From: Candidatus Acidiferrales bacterium
GTDB taxonomy: Bacteria; Acidobacteriota; Terriglobia; Acidiferrales; UBA7541
Length of the DNA: 64,000 nucleotides
Reading direction: 5' to 3'
NCBI GenBank assembly: GCA_963702915.1
Contig: OY969770.1
Location: forward strand, 4,768,817 to 4,832,816
Position numbers and translations under genes: made by a program. This document shows positions 48,863 to 57,776 of the stretch, one piece after another. Numbering within the stretch: the stretch's first letter is position 1; each line of letters starts with the position of its first letter. Below the pieces are notes generated by a model. The model was not told the DNA's origin, ran no database searches, and was given only the letters and a program-made list of their open reading frames with translations.

Positions 48863-51475
48863 GCAGGCAAGCATGGAGACGACTATGAGGAGGAGAGGCA
48901 CGGCGATAAAAGTGGCGGGGTCGGTGGCCGCAATGCCGTACAGGAGGTGGCGGATGAAATGCACGGCGAAGAAAGAAGCCAACAGCCCAACGGCTACGCC
49001 AATCAAGGTCAGATAAGCCCCTTGGCGCAGCACCATTCGTGAAATGCTTCCACGCTGCGCGCCAAGGGCGATACGAATGCCCATTTCCCGGGTGCGCTGT
49101 ACGACGGAGTAGGAAATGACGCCATAGAGGCCAATTGCGGTTAATACAAAGGCCAAGGCGGCAAAGATACCGAGGAGGAGTGCCTCGAAACGAGGCGCCG
49201 AGATAGAACCACTGACGTACTCATCGAGGGTTCTGACTTCGCGCAGGGGAAGGTCCTTGTCCATGGAACTGACGAGGGAACGCATGGTGGGGACAAGCGA
49301 ATTGGGATCCATCGCAGTGCGGACCACAATCGTTGTCTCGCCAAAGAAATCGACGGGAGTTTGGGGAGCATAAACCTCGGGGACTGCCGTGTCGCCAATG
49401 CCGCTGGATTTCACATCGGCGATCACGCCAACGATCTCGCGGGCGGGAGCTTCCTGGCTATCGCCAAAAGAGATGCTCGGCGTAATTTTGCGGCCCAATG
49501 GGCTTTCGCCGTGGAAGATTTGGCGCGCGAGCGTTTCATTCACAATGGCAAGTGGCGGGCCGCCTTGTTCATCCTGGGGAGTAAAAGTGCGGCCCTGGAG
49601 AAGTCTGATACCCATGGTGTTGAAGTAGTGCGATTCAACAATGCGAAACGCGACACGCGGACGCTGCGAACTGGGAACTGGCTGGCCGAGAACCTCGAGC
49701 GTGGCGAAGGCGCTCTGGTCTTCGTTCAAGGGCAGGCCGAAGATGGCGCTGGCGGATTTCACGCCGGGCAGCACTCTGGCCGATTGTAAGAGTTCGCGAA
49801 CGAAAGCGGAGCGTTGAGGGCCCGGGTGGCGGTTGGAAGGCACATCGAGCAGAAAAGTGAGAACGTGGTCTGGGCGGAAGCCCGGATCGACGCGCAGCAG
49901 GCGATTGAAGCTGCGCAAAAGCAGGCCTGCGCCAATCAGCAACACGAACGCTATTGCCAGTTGGGAGATCACGAGAGCGCCGCGCAGGCGGACGGCACTC
50001 GGTCCCGTGCTGGAGCCCCGTGCGTACTCACTCAAAACTTGGCTGGGATTGGAATGGGAAGCTTGAAAAGCCGGCGCGAGGCCAAAGAGGATGCCGGCAG
50101 CAAGGGCAACGAAGAATGTGAACGCCAGCACGCGGAAATCGAGGCCGATCTCCGATGTGCGTGCCAACCCTTCCGGCGCCATGGAGACAAGTGCAGTCGT
50201 TGCCCAATGAGCAAACAAAAGTCCCAGAGCTCCGCCGAAGAATGACAGGAGTATGCTTTCCGCAAGGAGTTGCCGGACGATGGCCCAGCGGCCAGCGCCC
50301 AGGGCAGAGCGGATGGTGAACTCCTTCTGACGCACAGTCGCGCGAGCGAGCAAAAGACTGGCAACATTGGCGCAGGCAATGAGCAACACAAAGGCAACGG
50401 CCCCCAGAAGGATCATCAGCACCGGACGCATGTCGCCAGCGATTTGTTCGGACTCTGATTGAATCTCCACGCCCCGAGGACGATTTTCAGGATATTGCCG
50501 ATTCAACTGTTGCTGGACAAAGAGGACATCGGACTGCGCCGCAGGAATTTGGATGTCCGGTTTGAGACGAGCGACGACCCAGAGATAAGAGGCGCCGCGT
50601 TGCGCAGCCATCGGTATTTTGCCGCGCAGGTCATGGGCCATGGTGATCCATAATTCCACGCGATCTTTCTCCACCGGAAACTGGAAACGCGGAGGCATGA
50701 CTCCGACAACGGAGTACTTGCTGTCATCCAAAGTCAAAGCGCGGCCAAGCACGTGGGGATCTCCGCCGAAGTGGCTTTGCCAGAACTCATAGCTGAGAAT
50801 GACCGGCATATTGTCGCCGCCGGGACGATCTTCCTGCACAATAAAAGTTCTGCCGAGGGCGGGCGAGGCACCCAGCAAGAAAAACAGATTCGCGGAAACT
50901 TCAACACTCCGGATGCTTTCAGGTTGATCGCCGCTGGTGTAGGTGAGATTAGTGACGGTCCAGACGGACATGGCTTCGAAGGAATGGCTTTGCGCGCGCC
51001 AGTCGAGAAACGAAGGGTAGGAAATGTCTCCGCCTTGGGTTGCATCTTTGAGGTCGATGGAACGAACCGCGACCAGACGGGCGGGATCGTGAAATGGCAA
51101 CGGACGAAGAACAACGGCATCAAGAACACTGAAGATGGCGGTGTTGGCACCGATGGCGAGGGCCAGCGTGAGAATGGCAATGGCGGTAAAGCCGGGATTT
51201 TTGCGGAGCATGCGGAGGGCGAAGCGTGAATCTTGGAGGAGGGACTCAAGAAGAGGGAAGGTGCGCTGATCGCGGACGGATTCTTTGGTTTGTTCGAGGC
51301 CACCGAGAGAGAGGAGGGCATTGCGGCGGGCTTCGACGGGGGACATGCCGAAGCGGAGATTATCGGCGATGTGCAAATCGAGGTGGGCGGCCAACTCATC
51401 GTGCAATTCGCGATCGAGCTTGTCCTTGTGTAGGAAGTCGCGGAGGCGGAAGAAAAAAGTGCGCAGGGTTTTCAT
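48803..51475 (-). CDS. ADOP-type permease no. 4
   Basis: Same architecture, DPMIALRYE. Confidence 0.93.
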   Translation of the reverse strand: MKTLRTFFFRLRDFLHKDKLDRELHDELAAHLDLHIADNLRFGMSPVEARRNALLSLGGLEQTKESVRDQRTFPLLESLLQDSRFALRMLRKNPGFTAIAILTLALAIGANTAIFSVLDAVVLRPLPFHDPARLVAVRSIDLKDATQGGDISYPSFLDWRAQSHSFEAMSVWTVTNLTYTSGDQPESIRSVEVSANLFFLLGASPALGRTFIVQEDRPGGDNMPVILSYEFWQSHFGGDPHVLGRALTLDDSKYSVVGVMPPRFQFPVEKDRVELWITMAHDLRGKIPMAAQRGASYLWVVARLKPDIQIPAAQSDVLFVQQQLNRQYPENRPRGVEIQSESEQIAGDMRPVLMILLGAVAFVLLIACANVASLLLARATVRQKEFTIRSALGAGRWAIVRQLLAESILLSFFGGALGLLFAHWATTALVSMAPEGLARTSEIGLDFRVLAFTFFVALAAGILFGLAPAFQASHSNPSQVLSEYARGSSTGPSAVRLRGALVISQLAIAFVLLIGAGLLLRSFNRLLRVDPGFRPDHVLTFLLDVPSNRHPGPQRSAFVRELLQSARVLPGVKSASAIFGLPLNEDQSAFATLEVLGQPVPSSQRPRVAFRIVESHYFNTMGIRLLQGRTFTPQDEQGGPPLAIVNETLARQIFHGESPLGRKITPSISFGDSQEAPAREIVGVIADVKSSGIGDTAVPEVYAPQTPVDFFGETTIVVRTAMDPNSLVPTMRSLVSSMDKDLPLREVRTLDEYVSGSISAPRFEALLLGIFAALAFVLTAIGLYGVISYSVVQRTREMGIRIALGAQRGSISRMVLRQGAYLTLIGVAVGLLASFFAVHFIRHLLYGIAATDPATFIAVPLLLIVVSMLACYIPARRATRVDPMIALRYE

Positions 51476-51484
51476 TGGTGGGCC

Positions 51485-54136
51485 TCACTCGTACCTTAGG
51501 GCAATCATGGGATCGACGCGGGTGGCGCGGCGCGCGGGGATGTATGTGGCAAGAAGCGCGGCCAGCAAAAGAACCGCCGCAACGATGGAGATGGCAACGG
51601 GATCAATCGCGGTCACTTCATACAAGACGGACTTCATAGTGCGACCGACAAAGTAGGTGCCAGCCAAGCCCAGGAGCAATCCGGCTAAGGCAAGCAGCAT
51701 CCCTTCCTGAAGGACCATGCGAAGCACCTGGCTGGAATCCGCGCCCAGGGCCATGCGCAGGCCGATTTCGTGGGTTCGTTGAGCCACTGCAAAAGACATG
51801 ACGCCATAGATGCCGATGGCCGCAAGGATGAGGGCGACGCCGGCAAACGCGGCAAAGAGCACGGTGGCGAAGCGATCGTCGGCCAAGGATTCGGCGACGA
51901 GTTGATCCATGGTGCGCACCTGGTCGAGGGGGAGATCGGAATCGAGAGATTGCACGGCAGCGGTAACAGCGGTGGTGACGGTTGCAGGATCGACGGTGGT
52001 GCGCACCGCAATGCTGGCCGAGGGCCAGGGGCTTTGCCAGAAAGGGACGTTGATTTCGGGGAAGCCTTCGTTGCGAACGCCACCATTGTGGACATCGCGA
52101 TAGACGCCGACGATATGCCATTGGATGGGCCGGCCAGGACTAGTCGCGCCAGGAATCAACTCTCGCACGACGACGATTTGGGAGAGCGGGTCCAGGTTGG
52201 AGAAGTACTTTTTCGCGAAAGTCTCATTCACGACGGCGACGGGCAGCCCGCCGGCCACGTCCTGTTCAGTGAAGCCGCGTCCCATAGCGAACTGAATCCC
52301 AAAGGTTTGGAAATATTCGGGAGTGACCATGCTGAATCCGGCGCTGGGATGCGAGGCAGGATCACCAGTGGGTTGACCAAGGATGCTGAAGGGCATGTCG
52401 TCTCTGTCGCCGACAAGGGGCATGCCGGTGGAAGCGGAAGAGGAGTAGATTCCGGGAACGGCGGCAATCCTGTCCAGCAGTTGACGGTAAAAGGAGGCAG
52501 TCTGTTCGGAATTAGAAAAGCGGCCCTCGGGAACGGGCAAATCGAAAGTGAGAACGTGGTCCTGGCGAAAACCGAGATCGACGCGAGTCAGTTTCCAGAA
52601 GCTATGAATGACAAGTCCGGCACCGGCAAGCAGAGTCAGCGCCAGGGCAAACTCGAGCACGACAAGAGCGCGGCGCACTCCGTGACGTCCGGAAGTGGAA
52701 CCGGAGCGTCCACCCTCTTTCAAAACTTCAGCGAGATCCGAGTGAGACCCCTGCCAAGCCGGAACGCAGCCAGCCAGAACGCCGGCCAGAAGGGTTGCCA
52801 GCAAGGTGAAAAGCAGGACCGGCAAATTCAAGCGCACGTCCGCTTCGGTGGGAATGGAAAACGGTGGCAGAAGAACGAGGATGAACTTAAGCAAAATCGC
52901 CGCGAGGGCAACTCCCAAGACGCCGCCGATGGATGCCAGAGCAAGGCATTCGGCGAGGAATTGCGAGAAGAGTTGCCAGCGGGTTGCGCCGAGAGAAGCG
53001 CGAACGGCCAGTTCTTTTTGGCGTATGGAGCCGCGAGTGAGCAACAAGTTGGCGACGTTGACGCAAGCGATTAGCAAGACAAAGCCGACGGCGCCGAGGA
53101 GCAACCAGAGATTTTTAATGGTGTCACGGCTCGTAAAGGCATTCTGGAGAGGTACGACACTGGCGCCCCAGTTCTTGTTAGAAAGAGGATAAACCTCAGC
53201 GATGTGGCGCGTGACGGAGTCCATGTCGGCGTTGGCTTGCTGGAGGGTGACGCCGGGTTCAAGGCGGCCGATGAGCAAGAGCCAATGGTAGTCGTGGTTG
53301 ATCTGGTCTGGCTTGAAGGCCAGGGGAAGAAACAGGTGGGATTCAAAGCGATCGGACATGCCGGCAGCGACGACGCCAACCACGGTGTAGGGTATGCCGT
53401 TCAGGGGGATTTGCTGGCCCAGGATGTGGGGATCGCTGCCGAAGCGCTCTTGCCAAAGGTGATGGGTCATGATGACGACGTGCTCATTGCCGGGCTGCGC
53501 TTCTTCGGGGAGGAAGTCGCGGCCAAGAGCCAGCGGTATTCCCTGCATATCGAAGAAGCCAGGCGTTGTGATGCGGGCTTGCAAGACTTCCGGGTGACTG
53601 GAAGTGGAAAGTGTGAAACGGTCGCTGCTCATGGCGATGAGATCCTGGAAGACCGAATTCTGGCGCTTCCAATCCAAATAATCGCCGGCGGAAACGCTGT
53701 TGTTGTGATCGTTGACCCGCGACCAGACCATGACAAGCTGGTCGGGATTCGGATAAGGCAAGGGAGCAAGCAGGGTGGCATAGACGACAGAGAAGATGGC
53801 GGTATTGGCGCCGATGCCGAGGGCGAGGGTGAGAACGGCGACGGCGGTGAACGCGGGGCTCTTGCGCAAAAGGCGGAAACCAAAACGTAGATTGCGGAAG
53901 AGAGACTCGATGGCGGTTGCGCCGCGGAGTTCGCGGACGGATTCTTTGGTTTGCTCGAGGCCGCCTAGTTTCAGGAGGGCTTGGCGGCGGGCATCGGCGG
54001 GGGACATGCCTGCGCGGAGGTTGTCGGCGATGTGCATTTCGAGGTGCGTGGCGAGTTCGTCGCGCAATTCGCGGTCGAGCTGCCCTTTGTGGAAGAGGTC
54101 GTGGATGCGGGCGACAAAGGTTCGCAGTGTTTTCAT
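51485..54136 (-). CDS. ADOP-type permease no. 3
   Basis: Same architecture. The second ATG (54136, MKTLRT) matches the paralogous junctions; the ORF track uses 54142. Confidence 0.92.
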   Translation of the reverse strand: MKTLRTFVARIHDLFHKGQLDRELRDELATHLEMHIADNLRAGMSPADARRQALLKLGGLEQTKESVRELRGATAIESLFRNLRFGFRLLRKSPAFTAVAVLTLALGIGANTAIFSVVYATLLAPLPYPNPDQLVMVWSRVNDHNNSVSAGDYLDWKRQNSVFQDLIAMSSDRFTLSTSSHPEVLQARITTPGFFDMQGIPLALGRDFLPEEAQPGNEHVVIMTHHLWQERFGSDPHILGQQIPLNGIPYTVVGVVAAGMSDRFESHLFLPLAFKPDQINHDYHWLLLIGRLEPGVTLQQANADMDSVTRHIAEVYPLSNKNWGASVVPLQNAFTSRDTIKNLWLLLGAVGFVLLIACVNVANLLLTRGSIRQKELAVRASLGATRWQLFSQFLAECLALASIGGVLGVALAAILLKFILVLLPPFSIPTEADVRLNLPVLLFTLLATLLAGVLAGCVPAWQGSHSDLAEVLKEGGRSGSTSGRHGVRRALVVLEFALALTLLAGAGLVIHSFWKLTRVDLGFRQDHVLTFDLPVPEGRFSNSEQTASFYRQLLDRIAAVPGIYSSSASTGMPLVGDRDDMPFSILGQPTGDPASHPSAGFSMVTPEYFQTFGIQFAMGRGFTEQDVAGGLPVAVVNETFAKKYFSNLDPLSQIVVVRELIPGATSPGRPIQWHIVGVYRDVHNGGVRNEGFPEINVPFWQSPWPSASIAVRTTVDPATVTTAVTAAVQSLDSDLPLDQVRTMDQLVAESLADDRFATVLFAAFAGVALILAAIGIYGVMSFAVAQRTHEIGLRMALGADSSQVLRMVLQEGMLLALAGLLLGLAGTYFVGRTMKSVLYEVTAIDPVAISIVAAVLLLAALLATYIPARRATRVDPMIALRYE

Positions 54137-54145
54137 TGGCATGCC

Positions 54146-56794
54146 TCACTCGTACCTTAGGGCGATCATGGGATCGACGCGGGTGGCGCGGCGCGCGGGG
54201 ATGTAGGTGGCGAGGAGTGCCACAGCAGTCAGTATTAGCGACAGAGCGACAAAGGTGAATGGATCTCTAGGGGTGACACCGTACAGTAAGCTTGCGAGTA
54301 GGCGAGTGAGCGAGAATGCAGCAAGAATCCCAGCGCCTAGACCGATTATGGTGAGCATCAGTCCTTCTCTGACCACCATCCGCAAGATGTCTCCGCGTGT
54401 GGCTCCTAGGGCCGTGCGAATGCCGATTTCGTGTGTCCGCTGACTGACTGAATAGGAAAACACACCGTAGATGCCTACTGCTGAGAGCACCAGGGCAATG
54501 ACGGCGAAGATGCCCAGCATCGAGGCGGAAACGTGTTGCCGCCAAATCGATTCGGAAACAACGTTTTCCATGGTTCGTATCTGGATCACTGGCTGGTCAT
54601 GGTCGATTTCCGAGACGGCGTGACGTACGTCGGCGGCAATCTGCATAGGGTCCGAGGCTGTGCGGACGACGAAGGTGATCAAGAACGAGGCGAAGGGGCG
54701 CTGTCCATACGGCATATATACTTCCTCCTCTGGCGGCGATTCGACCGAGTTCTGCTTGGAATCCGCAACGACGCCCACAATTAAAGCGGGAACGTCATGC
54801 GGGCAAGCGCCAAGAACTTGCGTGCTCACGGGGTCTTTTCCGGACCAATGGCTGTGCGCCATGGTTTCGTTGACGATGCGAACGCAGGGAGCACCTTGCT
54901 GGTTGTCGGCCTGGGTGAAATCACGTCCCTCTTTTAGAGGGATCCCCATAGCCTGAAAATACCCGGGACTTACGGCGCGAGCTGCAACCATGCTGCCACC
55001 GGTACTGTCCCGTGAATTCGGGGGAGCGGGAAAGTCGATCATGGTTTGAAATCCCGTTATCGGCAGGTTATTCACCATTCCTGCGGACTTCACGCCAGGG
55101 ATGCCTTGGATACGCTCGAGCACGCTATTGTAAAAGGCCACAGACTGCGGGCCCTGCTCATACTTGTAGTTCGCCAGCGGCACTCGCACTGTCAGAACAT
55201 GTGCACGATTGAAGCCCATGGGGGTCGCCTCAAGGCGCCGGAAGCTTTGAATCATCAATCCGGCTCCGATCAGCAGGACCAGGGCCAATGCCACTTCCAC
55301 AGCAACGAGCGCGCGCTGAAGCCATGATCGCCGCGTGCCAGATCCCGAGGTCCCGCCGCGTTGTTTGAGCGATTCATTCAGATCGAGACGGGAGACGCGT
55401 AGAGCGGGTAGCAAGCCCACGGTGATTCCCGTGAACAACGAGAGGGCTACGGTAAAGCCGAGGACGGGGAGATTAATCGAGATGTGGCGCAAAGCTTGGG
55501 TTTCCACCAAGCTGAACTTGGGCAATAGGTTTAAGATCATGGCAACCCCTGATGACGCCAACACAAGGCCCAAGACGCTGGCGGCTCCCGCGAGCAGCAC
55601 AGCCTCGACAACCAGTTGCCGAATCAATGTCATGCGGCCAGCGCCCAAGGCGGCTCGAATGGCCATCTCTCCTTGCCGGGTAGTGGCGCGAGCGAGAAGC
55701 ATGCTGGTCACGTTGGAGCAGACGATTAGGAGCACAAAGACCACGGCTCCCAGGAGAGCGAAAATAGCCGAGCGAAGGATCCCGCCGATTTCCCCGCTCT
55801 TGAAAGGTTCCACAGAAGCGGTCAGGCCACCGTTGGTGTCGGGGTACTGCATGGCAAGCCTGCGAGCAACCAGGTCCATTGCGGCTTGAGCTTTTTTCAA
55901 GGTGATGTCCCCTTTGAGGCGGGCGATCACTTCGATGGCGCGGAGCTTGCGGTTGTTTTCCTCAGCGACGCTAGTGATGAGAGGAACCCATACTTGGGTG
56001 TTGGGGTCTGGAAATTCAAGATTAGCAGGAGCGACGCCAATTACCGTGTAGGGCTTGCCGTCGAGGGCCACGGTCTTGCCGATGATTTTGGGGTCGGCGG
56101 CGAAATGGCTGTGCCAATAATCTTCACTCAGGAGTACGGACTGGGTTTCATTCACCGCAAAGTTGCGTCCGAGGATTGCGTTGGCTCCCAGCAGATGAAA
56201 AAGATTGGTAGACACTTGGGAGACCCACACCTCATCCGGGTCCCCGACGCCTGTTAGTACGAGGAACTTCCACGACTCATACGCGGCTAGGTCCTCAAAA
56301 ACTTGGGGCTTGGTCTGCGCCTGCCAGTCATGGAAGTCCGCCGTGGAAACCGAATCTGGTACGCCTTGTGGGTTTCGTGCCCTGATTTCGACGAGTTGGG
56401 CCGGATTATGATAGGGCGTTCCGTGCAACAGCACGGTGTCAACGATGCTGAACACGGCTGTCGTGCCACCGATTCCCAACGCCAAAGTAACCACGGCCAC
56501 AGCCGTAAACCCGGGACTGCGGCGCAATTGGCGCAAGCCATAGCGCACGTCCTGGAGGAGTGTTTCAAAAAATGGGAAGGCGCGCTGGTCACGGACGGAT
56601 TCTTTGGTTTGCTCGAGGCCGCCGAGTTTTAGGAGGGCGATGCGGCGAGCTTCTTCGGGGGGCATGCCGGAGCGGAGGTTGTCGGCGATGTGCATATCGA
56701 GATGACTGGCTAGCTCATCGTGCAGATCGCGATCGAGCTGTTCTTTTTGGAACAGATTACGCAGGCGGAAGAAAATGGTGCGCATGGAGTTCAT
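54146..56794 (-). CDS. ADOP-type permease no. 2
   Basis: Same architecture, DPMIALRYE. Confidence 0.93.
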   Translation of the reverse strand: MNSMRTIFFRLRNLFQKEQLDRDLHDELASHLDMHIADNLRSGMPPEEARRIALLKLGGLEQTKESVRDQRAFPFFETLLQDVRYGLRQLRRSPGFTAVAVVTLALGIGGTTAVFSIVDTVLLHGTPYHNPAQLVEIRARNPQGVPDSVSTADFHDWQAQTKPQVFEDLAAYESWKFLVLTGVGDPDEVWVSQVSTNLFHLLGANAILGRNFAVNETQSVLLSEDYWHSHFAADPKIIGKTVALDGKPYTVIGVAPANLEFPDPNTQVWVPLITSVAEENNRKLRAIEVIARLKGDITLKKAQAAMDLVARRLAMQYPDTNGGLTASVEPFKSGEIGGILRSAIFALLGAVVFVLLIVCSNVTSMLLARATTRQGEMAIRAALGAGRMTLIRQLVVEAVLLAGAASVLGLVLASSGVAMILNLLPKFSLVETQALRHISINLPVLGFTVALSLFTGITVGLLPALRVSRLDLNESLKQRGGTSGSGTRRSWLQRALVAVEVALALVLLIGAGLMIQSFRRLEATPMGFNRAHVLTVRVPLANYKYEQGPQSVAFYNSVLERIQGIPGVKSAGMVNNLPITGFQTMIDFPAPPNSRDSTGGSMVAARAVSPGYFQAMGIPLKEGRDFTQADNQQGAPCVRIVNETMAHSHWSGKDPVSTQVLGACPHDVPALIVGVVADSKQNSVESPPEEEVYMPYGQRPFASFLITFVVRTASDPMQIAADVRHAVSEIDHDQPVIQIRTMENVVSESIWRQHVSASMLGIFAVIALVLSAVGIYGVFSYSVSQRTHEIGIRTALGATRGDILRMVVREGLMLTIIGLGAGILAAFSLTRLLASLLYGVTPRDPFTFVALSLILTAVALLATYIPARRATRVDPMIALRYE

Positions 56795-56884
56795 GGCGCT
56801 GCCACCGGAGTGAGTGATTCGTGACTTGTGGATCGTGATTCGTGGAAGCGAAAACCAAGATGAGAGATAAGAAAGTTGGTGTGG

Positions 56885-57016
56885 TTAGGTCGTAAGAGCC
56901 CACCCTTACACACCAAGGGTGGGGCACCCTCAAGATCATTGGAGATGAGGCGTGACTGGGAAAACTCAAGAGCACGGAGAAACCCAAGAGCACAGACAGG
57001 AGTGTCTGTGCCACAG
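56885..57016. repeat. Composite repeat, partner copy at 60531-60636
   Basis: Identical 23-mer ttaggtcgtaagagcccaccctt, shared ggggcaccctcaaga and the acag..a.gagtgtctgtgc hairpin. Confidence 0.8.
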
Positions 57017-57059
57017 GAAGCTGGATGCTGCGAGGGGAAAAACAAGGCGCGCGGTTGGG

Positions 57060-57764
57060 TCATGGAGCACCGTGGGCGGAGGCAGTTGGTTTTTCGGGGA
57101 GGAGCCAGCCATCGGCTAGTTGCAGGATGCGATTGCCGTAGCCGGCGTTTCTTTCGGAATGCGTGACTTGAATGATGGTGGTGCCGGCGTCATTGAGTTT
57201 CTTGAAGAGCTGCATGATTTCTTCGCCTTGCGTGGAATGGAGATTGCCGGTGGGCTCATCGGCGAGAATGAGCTTGGGATTCTGGATGACAGCGCGGGCC
57301 ACGCCGACGAGTTGCTGCTGGCCGCCGGAGAGCTGACTGGGGAAGAGATCTTTTTTGCCGACGATGTTGAAGCGATCGAGAGCGTCGCAGACGAGGCTGG
57401 CACGTTCCTTTTGCGGGATGTTTTTGTAGGAGAGTGGGATTTCAAGATTTTCGTAAACGGTGAGATCGTCGATGAGGTGGTAAGACTGAAAGACGAAACC
57501 GATGTTGTACTTGTGCAGTTCGTTTCGCTGTTTGACGCTCAGTTTATGGACGGGCTGATCGAGGAAAAAGTATTCGCCGGACCAGGCGGAATCCAACATG
57601 CCGAGGATGCTGAGGAGGGTGGATTTGCCAGCGCCGGAAGGGCCCATGAAGGTGACGAATTCGCCAGGCTGGATTTCCAGAGAGATGCGGCGGAGGACAT
57701 AGAATTTCTGCGCGCCAGCGGGGTAGGATTTTTCGATGCTGCGAAGTTGGATGAGTGGCTGCAC
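57060..57764 (-). CDS. ABC transporter ATP-binding protein (LolD/MacB type)
   Basis: [29 protein letters not shown]. Confidence 0.94.
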   Translation of the reverse strand: MQPLIQLRSIEKSYPAGAQKFYVLRRISLEIQPGEFVTFMGPSGAGKSTLLSILGMLDSAWSGEYFFLDQPVHKLSVKQRNELHKYNIGFVFQSYHLIDDLTVYENLEIPLSYKNIPQKERASLVCDALDRFNIVGKKDLFPSQLSGGQQQLVGVARAVIQNPKLILADEPTGNLHSTQGEEIMQLFKKLNDAGTTIIQVTHSERNAGYGNRILQLADGWLLPEKPTASAHGAP

Positions 57765-57776
57765 GGGGTCTCCTTT

